57,008 bases of DNA. Origin: Eledone cirrhosa (lineage: Eukaryota). Positions 35,239 to 47,149 of this stretch are shown piece after piece. The translations under genes and the position numbers were made by a program. The notes under the pieces are model-generated. The model saw only the letters and a program-made list of their open reading frames with translations. It was not told the origin of the DNA and did no database searches. The number at the start of each line of letters is the position of its first letter. Positions within the stretch are counted from its first letter, which is position 1. The stretch lies in NCBI GenBank assembly GCA_964016885.1, contig CAXHJY010000537.1:1-57008 (forward strand), in the 5' to 3' direction.

Positions 35239-35869
35239 GATAGCTTTCCAAACAAAGTGCTGAGCAAACAGAGGCTTATTGAATATGTAGTCCAACAACT
35301 GCAATGAAATCACTTTTTCCTTACAAAACTTTCGGTTATTCACTTTTAGGAAGTTACCTTAATATAAAATGAATAAGCTAGACGTGAGAGTAAGTTTGTT
35401 ACGAGTGCAATGCACACTAATGAATTGATTTTGTGTATCACTGGGAAATATATTAAAGGGTTCTGAACTAATGGAACTTAAAACCAATCTTAAATGAACA
35501 TGAAATGAAATATTCATGAGAATAAATTCGTTGTCAGAAATATGTTGCCTCAGCCATTTTAAACAAATTCCACTAATAATATAAAATAATAAAACAAATC
35601 ATGCAAGATAAAATTATAATTAAAAAATAATGAATCCCATTCTTGGAATTGGAAATAATTCTTCATCCAGTAGTGAAGAAATAAATTAAATTATGAATTA
35701 TACACACTAATTCTCTTATATAGATGACATCTCTGTAGCGATCGCTAGCCATTTCTCCCGTCTGTAGGTCTATAAGGGTATTTTTACCTGATTTGCTAAG
35801 CTGTGTTTATAGCTCTCTCTCTCTTTATACACCCTCTCCCCCCTCTCTCCTCCCCCTTTCTCTCTCTCT

Positions 35870-36225
35870 AGTGTTGACATTTGAAACTGTTTAAGAAGTG
35901 AATCTTAAAATAATAAAATATATTTAATGAACAGCCACGAAATTTAGTAGATAAATTATGTAATATTCATTTATTTATTCAAAGTAATCCAATTTATTTT
36001 ACAAACGGGGTAAAAAATAAATTCAGAATGCAGTCCCGCACTCCTTACTTTATTAGGACTGCACCCTGAATTTATTTTTTACCCCGCTTGTAAAATAAGT
36101 TGGATTACTTTGAATAAATAATAAATGAATATTACATAATTTAGCTACTAAATTTCGTGGCTGTTCATTAAATATATTTTATTATTTAAAGATTCACTTC
36201 TTAAACAGTTTCAAATGTCAACACT
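35870..36225. repeat. Long inverted repeat, ~167-bp arms with a 19-nt spacer
   Basis: 35870-36036 is the reverse complement of 36056-36225, with a few substitutions and one small indel. Confidence 0.93.
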
Positions 36226-36493
36226 TCCGGTTAGCGATCGCTTAAATAAACATTCATATATTTCCGTCACTAATTTTCTCCTAATGCAGTTTATATATAA
36301 TATCGTCTTTTTTTTAATGTATCATGAATTACGTTACTGATTACATAAGACAGTGTGACACAGTCTTCGTACAATTTCTATGTATTATATATTGTCAATT
36401 ACGATTTTATTTGATGTATCATATCTACATTTATATATACTTGCGTATAATATCAATATGCACACTACACATGCTAGCAGACGCCCCCCCCCC

Positions 36494-36700
36494 GATGACA
36501 TATACAACGTGGGTGGATGTGCAGGTGAAAGAGTGTCAGATACAGAAAGACCCGTTAGGGTCTGTAAGAGTGGTGAGGGTGGAAATGAAGGGACAAGTGT
36601 TGCAGCGGGGACGAGAACAAAGATAAGAGCCGGGTGGAGTCTTGGAAGAGGACGAGAAGAATCTGCGAACCGGGAGCTCGTGGAAAATGTGTGAAATCCT
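36494..36700 (-). pseudogene. Penelope-like element fragment: Cys-rich linker leading into the GIY-YIG endonuclease
   Basis: Translation RISHIFHELPVRRFFSSSSKTPPGSYLCSRPRCNTCPFISTLTTLTDPNGSFCI*HSFTCTSTHVVYVI matches the PLE pattern PG..pC.r.rC.tC......F.I...FtC.s.nvvY.I; one stop; missing from the ORF track. Confidence 0.85.
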
Positions 36701-36713
36701 TGGTACAGTTAGG

Positions 36714-36873
36714 TATATTTAAAAAAGAGAAAATAATGACTTCACTTGTAGTTCTAAACGATTTTATTTAATTTTATAATATTATGAGTAGGTAGATCTA
36801 CCAACTCATAATATTATAAAATTATATCAAATTGTTTAGAACTACAAATGAAGTCATTCTTTTCTCTTTTTGT

Positions 36874-36881
<8 letters not shown>
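36714..36881. repeat. Spacer-less ~168-bp imperfect palindrome centred on GGTAGA|TCTACC
   Basis: Arms pair outward from 36796/36797 (TTATAATATTATGAGT / ACTCATAATATTATAA; TGTAGTTCTAAAC / GTTTAGAACTACA). Confidence 0.9.
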
Positions 36882-36919
<38 letters not shown>

Positions 36920-37026
36920 AGTGCAGTGTGATGTTGGCATGTTGCTGCCTCGTTCATCAATTCGCCAATGTGCGCGGTGTACGTTCGTTCGCGGAAATGC
37001 AAGAGATATCTTAACTATAATAAAGA

Positions 37027-37509
37027 AAGGAGTGCGGGAATATATATTTTTATCCCGCTAGTAAAATAAGTTGGGATTACTTTGAATAATTGATGAATGA
37101 ATATTACATAATTTATCCACTAAATTTCGTAGCTGTTGATTAAACATAAATATTCTTATATATAAAGTATTGCTTATTTTAAGATTCACTTCCTTTAACA
37201 TTTTTAAATGTCTATACTTCCGGTTAGTGTTCGTTATATCATAACACTTATTACATCACGTATATAAACATCCATATATTTGCATCGTTATATAAGGTTT
37301 CATTACATTTCACTGTAATGTAGTTTCTATATAATATCGTCTTTTTAAAATGTATCATGGATTACTTTACTGATTACAGAAGAGAGTGTAACACAGTCTC
37401 TGTTCAATTTCTGTGCATATTGTCAATTACGATTTTATTTGACATATCATATCTATATGTATATATATTTGCATATGTTATAAATATGCACACTACACAT
37501 GCTAGCAGA
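37027..37509. repeat. Diverged direct copy of 36056-36480
   Basis: Shared blocks GTAAAATAAGTTGG..ATTACTTTGAATAA, ACTTCCGGTTAG and TATGCACACTACACATGCTAGCAGA. Confidence 0.9.
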
Positions 37510-37674
37510 AAACCACCCGCTGGATAGTGTTTCTGCTGGTCATGATAAAATACTTATCTTTCATATTCAATATCTCGTCAACATAATTCGATATTCTTAC
37601 TTGCCGGTAAATAAATGTGACATTAAGTTATCCACTGAACCACATCTGCTGCTTCATATATACAATATTAGGTG

Positions 37675-37738
37675 GTCAAGTATGAAATTTGTAGAAATTT
37701 AGAGAAAAAAAAAAATTTCTACAAATTTCATAGTTGAC
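37675..37738. other. 26-bp hairpin with an A-rich 12-nt loop
   Basis: GTCAAGTATGAAATTTGTAGAAATTT / AAATTTCTACAAATTTCATAGTTGAC, 25/26 paired. Confidence 0.88.
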
Positions 37739-38456
37739 GACTCAATAGTTTCATAATAATTCCCTGCATTGTCGTATATTTATTTATTTATGAATATTTA
37801 ACTTTGCTTTAGGACAATCCTGAAATAATTACTGCTATTGAATACAAGTTATTGCTAGAGTTCTCATTATTATGTAAAATCCCGAGGCTTTGAATCACGT
37901 TGTGTTAGCAAATGAGACGTTATTATTTTCTAGCAGCCATTGTAATAATGTTTTTTTTTCCTCTCACATTTATACGAAATATTTTCTTTATTTAGTATTA
38001 TGTTGATTATTTTCCTCATCATTATTCTTTTTTCTCATTTGGCCCAAAGGAATTGTTCGGATTTTCATTCGTTTACTTTTTAATTTATAACTTCGTTTAG
38101 TTTTTCTAAAATTCAATTTTCCTCTTCAAATCCCAGTTTCTCAATCTTATTTTTTGTTTTAAATTTTAGTTTAGTATTATGTAATTCATTTATATTGTTT
38201 TCGTTTTTTCGGATAATAAACGATGTCCATAATTCCCAAATCTGTATTCTTCATATATTTCAAGGTGACCCAAAAACTTCTTACAAAAGTTAACTTTATA
38301 CACGTTTGTTTTACATACCTCATGTTCACTTCTTAAATTTCATGTTTAATGCAATAACATACATAACGATATTTTGTGAAGTAAAGAGCTGAAAGAAAAA
38401 AAACAGTATATTAATTTTGCGCAATGAGAAGCTTACACAAGTGGATTATACGATGG

Positions 38457-40545
38457 TAATGAGATATTATGTGAGGTAAAGCCTTTACCATGAAAATACA
38501 ATAGTATATAAAGAGTAATGTAAATGTTATGAGATATTATGTAAGATAAAGCCTTTACTGTGAAAATACAATAGTATATATAGAATAATGTAAATGTTAT
38601 GAGATATTATGTGAGGTAAAGCCTTTACCATGAAAATACAATAGTATATATAGAGTAATGTAAATGTTATGTGAGATATTAAGTGAGGTAAAGCCTTTAC
38701 TGTGAAAATACAATACTATATATAGAGTAATGTAACTGTTATGTGAGATATTATGTGAGGTAAAGACTTTACTCTACATATACTATTTTATTTTCATGGT
38801 AATGTAAATGTTATGTGAGATATTATGTGAGGTAAAGACTTTACCATGAAAATAAAATAGTATATATAGAGTAATGTAAATGTTATGAGATATTATGTGA
38901 GGTAAAGACTTTACCATCAAAATAAAATAGTATATATAGAGTAATGTAAATGTTATGTGAGGTAAATACTTTACCATGAAAATAAAATAGTATATATAGA
39001 GTAATGTAAATGTTATGAGATATTATGTGAGGTAAAGCCTTTACCATGAAAATACAATAGTATATATATAGAGTAATTTAAATGTTATGTGAGATATTAA
39101 GTGAGGTAAAGCCTTTACTGTGAAAATACAATAGTTTATATAGAGTAATGTAAATGTTATGTGAGATATTATGTGAGGTAAAGACTTTACCATGAAAATA
39201 AAATAGTATATATAGAGTAATGTAAATGTTATGAGATATTATGTGAGGTAAAGCCTTTACCATGAAAATACAATAGTATATATATAGAGTAATTTAAATG
39301 TCATGTGAGGTAAAGCCTTTACTGTGAAAATACAATACTATATATAGTGTAATGTAAATGTTATGTGAGATATTATGTGAGGTAAAGACTTTACCATGAA
39401 AATAAAATAGTATATATAGAGTAATGTAAATGTTATGAGATATTATGTGAGGTAAAGACTTTACCATGAAAATAAAATAGTATATATAGAGTAATGTAAA
39501 TGTTATGTGAGGTAAAGACTTTACCATGAAAATAAAATAGTATATATAGAGTAATGTAAATGTTATGAGATATTATGTGAGGTAAAGCCTTTACCATGAA
39601 AATAAAATAGTATATATAGAGTAATGTAAATGTTATGTGAGGTAAAGACTTTACCATGAAAATAAAATAGTATATATAGAGTAATGTAAATGTTATGTGA
39701 GGTAAAGACTTTACCATGAAAATAAAATAGTATATATAGAGTAATGTAAATGTTATGTGAGGTAAAGACTTTACCATGAAAATAAAATAGTATATATAGA
39801 GTAATGTAAATGTTATGTGAGGTAAAGACTTTACCATGAAAATAAAATAGTATATATAGAGTAATGTAAATGTTATGTGAGGTAAAGACTTTACCATGAA
39901 AATAAAATAGTATATATAGAGTAATGTAAATGTTATGAGATATTATGTGAGGTAAAGACTTTACCATGAAAATAAAATAGTATATATAGAGTAATGTAAA
40001 TGTTATGTGAGGTAAAGACTTTACCATGAAAATAAAATAGTATATATAGAGTAATGTAAATGTTATGAGATATTATGTGAGGTAAAGACTTTACCATGAA
40101 AATAAAATAGTATATATAGAGTAATGTAAATGTTATGAGATATTATGTGAGGTAAAGACTTTACCATGAAAATAAAATAGTATATATAGAGTAATGTAAA
40201 TGTTATGTGAGGTAAAGACTTTACCATGAAAATAAAATAGTATATATAGAGTAATGTAAATGTTATGAGATATTATGTGAGGTAAAGCCTTTACCATGAA
40301 AATACAATAGTATATATATAGAGTAATTTAAATGTTATGTGAGATATTAAGTGAGGTAAAGCCTTTACTGTGAAAATACAATAGTTTATATAGAGTAATG
40401 TAAATGTTATGTGAGATATTATGTGAGGTAAAGACTTTACCATGAAAATAAAATAGTATATATAGAGTAATGTAAATGTTATGCGATATATTATGTGAGG
40501 TAAAGCCTTTACTGTGAAAATATAATAGTTAATATAGAGTAATGC
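38457..40545. repeat. Minisatellite with 60/70/72-bp units and palindromic core GGTAAAG(A/C)CTTTACC, ~30 copies
   Basis: Unit TGTGAGGTAAAGACTTTACCATGAAAATAAAATAGTATATATAGAGTAATGTAAATGTTA with an optional TGAGATATTA. Confidence 0.97.
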
Positions 40546-41468
40546 GAATGGTAAAGAGTTAATACACTAAACTGTTTGGTGATTTTCAAATTTAATGCTA
40601 ACATTATTTTCGACCTCTCCGTGACATTATTCGTTCAGATTTCTTCAGTTGCTCCATCTGCATGCTAACATTGTCAAATTAAGCTTTATTAATTTAGAAT
40701 CAAAGGTTAGTGACAACACCTATTCTTGTAGTTGGTAATCGGAGTTCTAAGATTCAAGTACGAATAATTTAGTATCGTTTTTCCAAATGTTTAATGACAT
40801 TTTAATTCAAAGCTTTCCTCTTGGCTTCCTTTGATTCTATATTTTACTTGACATCGACATATCTACATAATTATTTTAATTACTTCAGATTTTAAATGAG
40901 TTTATAAACACATTTGCTTTTAATTTAATTTGATTGTTTTTTATCGAAAATAATATATTTTATTTAATTAATTGACAAAAAATGTACACGGTATATTTAC
41001 GACATGAATGTATCCGTTTACTTTAATGTTTATAGTATCTATCTATTTATATTATCTATCCCTCACTATCTCTTTCTCGGTCTCCATTTTCTTTAGTTCT
41101 CTCGCTCTCTCTCTGTATCTATCTATCTCCGGATGGTATAGACGTTCTTCACATCGGCTCCGCGAGTATTGGAGATATTACGTATCAACAGTAAGTGTTT
41201 GTCTGTATTCTTGCGTTATTGTGTTAATTAACCTCCTTGCATGGGTCTTCGGACATTAGGGTTAATTTATTTCACCCCTTTTAGGGTGAAATTTTTCATC
41301 CTAAAAATATTGTAATTGTCTCTACGCTAGTGGTAATGGAAGCCATTACCTTGATCTTCGACATATACAGAATTAGCAGCACAGGTTTCCTAGACATGTA
41401 TTGTACACGTGTACCAGTGATAAACGCTCGTAGAAGTCCTGGTAAATTATGGCTTGCAATTGAGTGAA

Positions 41469-41683
41469 AGCGCGTGGCTGAGGGGTTGGAGAATTGGATT
41501 CACAATCGTGAGGTTGTGAATTCGATTCCTGGACCGGGCAATGCTTTATGCCCTTGAGCAAGACACTTTATTTCACGTTGCTCCCTCTATCTGGAGTTGC
41601 GACCGATACATAGAGTTAACATATAAGAACGACCAAGGAAACATTGTTTTCGAGGTCCGATTTGACGAAAGACAATCTACTTT
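41469..41683 (+). mobile_element. tRNA-derived SINE, homologous over its full length to 18934-19143
   Basis: A/B boxes, CCTTGAGCAAGACACTTTATTTCACGTTGC and the same atypical tail. Confidence 0.85.
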
Positions 41684-42089
41684 CGATAGGATAAAAAATG
41701 CACAGAAGTAAGAAAAATGTGTATCTTAATGTTAACATGAGATCTGTGATTCTTTGATATTGTAGTAGAGAGGTTCTGAAAGAGGACGCTACCGCCCTCG
41801 GGTCCGTTAAGAAGATCGAGGGGCCGCTGGTGTCAGAGGGGGAGCGGTGGAGATGATATAATATTATATTAAATATCAAATGATACATAGTATATATAAA
41901 TTAAAGTAAAAAATATATAATACTTATTACACATCCTGTATCATTTATTATATATAAATTAACGGTTTTATTTCTTATGAATTTTTAACAATTTGTATGC
42001 TGAAATTAGGGTTGGTGAGACGCTAAAATCATCCAGTCCCCCATCTCTACGCCACCGTATTGAGGCAATAACGTATACATCTTGACACT

Positions 42090-42208
42090 AGTGAGTAAAC
42101 TAGCAACTTGAAATAAAGGGTCTTGATCAAGGACACAATGTATCAACCGGTCCGAGAGTCGAACGAACTCGCAACCTCTCAATTGCAAGCCCAACGCTGT
42201 AACTACTA
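42090..42208 (-). mobile_element. Degenerate tRNA-derived SINE (CORE-like motif)
   Basis: Reverse complement has GTTCGACTC and GTGTCCTTGATCAAGACCCTTTATTTCAAGTTGC. Confidence 0.7.
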
Positions 42209-42269
42209 AATATATAGAACATATAGAACAGAGGGGAAATAGAAGCTGTAGGCATCGTAGACATATTTT

Positions 42270-42525
42270 AAGTCTAAAGTCTGTCTCAAGCCAGAAGGCT
42301 CATTTGGCCGGTGCTTATCCCGGTTTCATGGCATGAAGCGACTGAGAGTACAAGACTCCCCCCTGGACAGGACGCCAGTCAATCGCAGGGTTAAACCTCC
42401 AGCTATTGCTGGTACTCATTTTCAGCTGAGTAAACTGGAGCAACGTGAAATAAAGTGTTTTGCTCAAGAACACGACACGCAACCCAGGAATCGACCCCAC
42501 GTCATTAGGATCGTAAGTCCAACAC
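42270..42525 (-). mobile_element. Near full-length tRNA-derived SINE with a V/Meta-type central domain
   Basis: Reverse complement: GGTCGATTCC, GTGTTCTTGAGCAAAACACTTTA, ACCCTGCGATTGACTGGCGTCCTGTCCAGGGG, GAAACCGGGATAAGCACCGGCC. Confidence 0.85.
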
Positions 42526-42616
42526 ACGCACGCACGCACGCACGCACAAATGTGGTGTGTATATATATATACACACCACATTAATAAAAAAAAAAAAAAT
42601 AAATATAAAGAAAATT

Positions 42617-42838
42617 ATATATGTATTTGTGTGTGTATATATATATGTATTTGTGTGTTATATATATATGTATTTGTGTGTGTATATATATATGTATATG
42701 CGTGTGTGTGTATATATATATGCGTGTGTGTGTATATATATATGTGTGCGTGTGTGTGTATATATATATGTGTGCGTGTGTGTATATATATGTGTGTGTG
42801 TGTGTGTATATACATATGTGTGCGTATATATATATATA
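42617..42838. repeat. (GT)n/(AT)n compound microsatellite
   Basis: Direct inspection. Confidence 0.95.
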
Positions 42839-42926
42839 ACGAAGGAGGTGTGGTAAGGAACCAGATGGACCATAACGCACCAGACTACTCAATACTTAGA
42901 GTAGTAGAGTGGGTAATAGGAAAATG

Positions 42927-42979
42927 AAGCCGTTTCGACGGCTATTTCTGGACTCCAGAAATAGCCATCGAAACGGCTT
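42927..42979. other. 53-nt fold-back palindrome (26-bp arms, 1 mismatch)
   Basis: AAGCCGTTTCGACGGCTATTTCTGGA-C-TCCAGAAATAGCCATCGAAACGGCTT. Confidence 0.9.
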
Positions 42980-43518
42980 GAGCTCTGCTGTCGGGGTCAA
43001 ACATTTTCCTAAATATATATATACGCTTCCATGTGCTACACTCGTTCACATATTGCAGAGTGACAGTAATATCAAAGTGACAGTAATAACAAGAAAAACA
43101 CCACCACATATAGCAATTCCATCAACAGCTTCGTTTGATTGTGTAGTTACTGAAAGCAATGAAAAAACAAAAGGAGTAATAATAGTAGTATAAACAATAA
43201 GGTTTTTTCGCGTGCTTGTTGTTAGTACAAGATGTATCCTATATATAATTCACCTCTCTGAGTTACTAATTTTCAACTATTCTTTCTCGAACGCCATTCT
43301 TTATTTTAAACACAATTCAATGTGAGTTATTTACGTGTATTGAGAAAGGTTAGAGTTGTTTAACAAGAGGAAAATATAACGTAAAAAGATGAAAATGTAA
43401 CATAAGGCCAGAACTAGAATACTTGGAATAAAAATATAACATATCTCCTGAAATCAATGAAGATATTTCTAAAGAAATGTCATCCTATATATATATATAC
43501 ATACACATACACCCCCCC

Positions 43519-43566
<48 letters not shown>

Positions 43567-43684
43567 CACACACATATATCTATAAATACTTGAATATATT
43601 TATACATATATATAGATATAATATATATGTTGTATATTAAACACACACACACACACATATATGGGTGTGTGTAATTGTACTTTT

Positions 43685-43715
<31 letters not shown>

Positions 43716-43826
43716 TATTGAGCTACTCCCGTCCGTTCTTTCGTCACACACAGATGACTAAGGGGAAGGAAGGGGTGAGTACCTGTATAGGCAGGCGATA
43801 TATATATATATACACACATATATATA

Positions 43827-44359
43827 TGGTGGCTGCCAACTCGTTTTCGAGTACGGCCACTACTTTATATCCATGTAGGAGAACCCCTACCGATGGGCTG
43901 AACGACTTTTTAGTCCGGCCACCAACTTGAAAACTCTGGGCTCATGGTACCATGTGACAAGTGCAGAGAGATCTCAAGATATAAAGCAATGCCTGTGCCG
44001 TGAAGCTTTTATAGTGTGCAAAGGCACTGCACAAAGCCAGTCCCACTCTCTTAACCAAGATGATATTTACCAAAAAGAACAAGTTGGTGCTACTGGTAAC
44101 ATGTATCCCAGTACAACCTGTCTCATGGTCGGGTCGTTGGCGACTAAACTGGCAACCCCACCAAGGTTTCTTGGTGAGGAGGGTCACTTTGGACATCCTG
44201 CAGGACTAAAAACAAAATCTGTCAAATGGCAAAGGAGCTCTTAAGAGTCAATATCCATCCAAAATAACCGGGAGAGATGACCCCTTAGCCTTTGTCAAGG
44301 GAGAATTCTAGGAGAAGGAAAACTCTGATATAACACCTGCAACCCTGATGGTATCCAAT

Positions 44360-44361
<2 letters not shown>
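43827..44361. mobile_element. RTE-derived element copy E with inverted 5' half
   Basis: 43827-44084 matches the 3' half of copy A (element on minus); 44082-44361 is the 5' half in the opposite orientation. Confidence 0.88.
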
Positions 44362-44394
<33 letters not shown>

Positions 44395-44719
44395 ACGTAC
44401 GTACATACATATATGTATACTTACTTGCAGTAGTATGTATACACATACATACATGTACATATATATATATATATATATATGTACGTATGGGTTTACCGAA
44501 CATTTATTATAATGTTCGGTTTGTTTGTAAACAAACAGCCCGAATTAAGCCGAATAGTGTTCGGTAACCATCGTTACCCTTTTGTGCAACACTGACAAAT
44601 GAACGGTGAACTAGAGATGACTGGGGTAAGAACGGGTGATGACGTCACATACTAGAGATGACTGAGGAAGGAAGAGATGATGACAAACTATAGAAAACAG
44701 CGTAAAAATACGCCCCACT

Positions 44720-45180
44720 TGTGAGTGAGTGTATGTGCATGCGTTCTTATATAAAGGCATGTGCCTGTGTGTTTGTGTGAATGTATGTGTGTGTTTGTGT
44801 GAACGTGTTTGTGTGAATGTATGAATGTGTTTATGGCAAAGTATGTATATTTGTGTGAATGTATGTTTTTGTTTATGTGAAAGTATGTATGTGTGTTTGT
44901 GTAAATGTATGTTCGTGAGAATGTTTGTGTTTGTGTGAATATGTGTTTTGTGTGAATGTATGTGTGTGTGAATGTATGTGTTTTGGGGAATGTGTGTTTG
45001 TATCAATGTATGTGTGTGTTTGTGTGAATGTATGTGTGAATGTGTTAGTTTGTGTGAATGTATGTATGTATAAGTGTGTTTGTGTGAATGTATGTGTTTT
45101 TTTTCTGATTCTATGTATATCTGTGTGAATGTATGTCTCTGGGTGTCTATGTTTGTGTGCCTGTGTTTGCGTGTTTATAA
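44720..45180. repeat. TGTGAATGTATG-type GT-rich low-complexity repeat
   Basis: Direct inspection. Confidence 0.9.
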
Positions 45181-45444
45181 TAAAATACAGCTACACTCGT
45201 CGACGTGATGAAAACAAATTTAGTGTATATATAACTGCACTTTTATATTTCCAAATAAAGATATCTAATTCTGAGAAATGATACGTGAAAGATTCACAAC
45301 ACGGCATTTACAATTCCTGGTGATATATAGCATTATAGCTGTGTGCTGTATGCTATATAAATAACATGACATTTTCAGCAGTATTTTGTAACACTATTCA
45401 TAGGCCTTTATATACCGGTAGGTTTTTAATTTATTTCATAGATA

Positions 45445-45445
<1 letters not shown>

Positions 45446-45485
<40 letters not shown>

Positions 45486-46818
45486 CATTTGATCTGTATA
45501 TATATATATATATATATGTATATTTATATATGTATATATATGTGTATGTATATATATATATATGTGTATGTATATATATATATGTGTATGTATATATATA
45601 TATATGTGTATGTATATATATATATATGTGTATGTATATATATATATATGTGTATGTATATATATATATGTGTATGTATATATATATATGTGTATGTATA
45701 TATATATATATGTGTATGTATATATATATATATATGTGTATGTATATATATATATGTGTATATATATATATATGTGTATGTATATATATATATATGTGTA
45801 TGTATATATATATATATGTGTATGTATATATATATATATGTGTATGTATATATATATATATGTGTATGTATATATATATGTGTATGTATATATATATATA
45901 TGTGTATGTGTATATATATATATGTGTATGTATATATATATGTGTATGTATATATATATATGTGTATGTGTATATATATATATGTGTATGTATATATATA
46001 TATGTGTATGTGTATATATATATATGTGTATGTATATATATGTATGTGTATATATATATATGTGTATGTATATATATATATATATGTGTATGTATATATA
46101 TATATATGTGTGTATGTATATATATATATGTGTATGTATATATATATATATGTGTATGTGTATGTATATATATGTGTATGTATATATATATATATGTGTA
46201 TGTATATATATATATGTGTATGTATATATATATATGTGTATGTATATATATATATGTGTGTATGTATATATATGTGTATGTATATATATATATGTGTGTA
46301 TGTATATATATGTGTATGTATATATATAGATGTGTATGTATATATATATATATGTGTATGTATGTATATATATATATATATATGTATGTATATATATATG
46401 TGTATGTATATATATATATATGTATGTATATATATATGTATGTATGTATATATATATGTATGTATGTATATTATATATATATGTATGTATATATATATAT
46501 ATGTATGTATATATATATGTATGTATATATATATATATGTATGTATATATATATATGTATGTATATTATATATATGTATGTATATATATATATATGTATG
46601 TATATATATATGTATATATATGTATGTATATATATTTTTGTATGTATATATATATATATATGTATTATATATGTATGTTATATATATATATATGTATATA
46701 TATGTATGTATATATATATATGTATGTATATATATATATGTATGTATATATATATATGTATGTATATATATATATGTATGTATATATATATATGTATGTA
46801 TATATATATATATGTATG

Positions 46819-46849
<31 letters not shown>

Positions 46850-47056
46850 GTATGTATATATATATATATGTATGTATATATATATATGTATGTATATTAT
46901 ATATATGTATATATATGTATGTATATGTATATATATATATGTGTATGTATATATATATATGTATATATATATGTGTGTATGTATATATGTATATATATAT
47001 GTGTGTATGTATATATGTATATATATATATGTATATATATATATGTATATTATATG

Positions 47057-47089
<33 letters not shown>

Positions 47090-47116
47090 GTATATATATA
47101 TATGTATATATATATG

Positions 47117-47149
<33 letters not shown>

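Noticed and set aside
38457-40545. CRISPR-like array (regular palindromic repeats)
   Set aside because: The sequence between palindromes is itself repeated (no unique spacers), there are no cas genes, and the context is eukaryotic.
41775-41812. CTGAAAGA-GGAC..GTCC hammerhead-like stretch
   Set aside because: The core has an insertion and GAAA is absent.
44083-44160. HDV-like ribozyme at the 5' end of the RTE-derived element (CCAGU/ACUGG as P2, ACC-UGUCUCAU-GGU as P3/L3, CUAA as J4/2)
   Set aside because: I could not find a P1 partner for CGGGUC, and P3/L3 is not kept in diverged copy C. A descriptor search on the family consensus would settle it.
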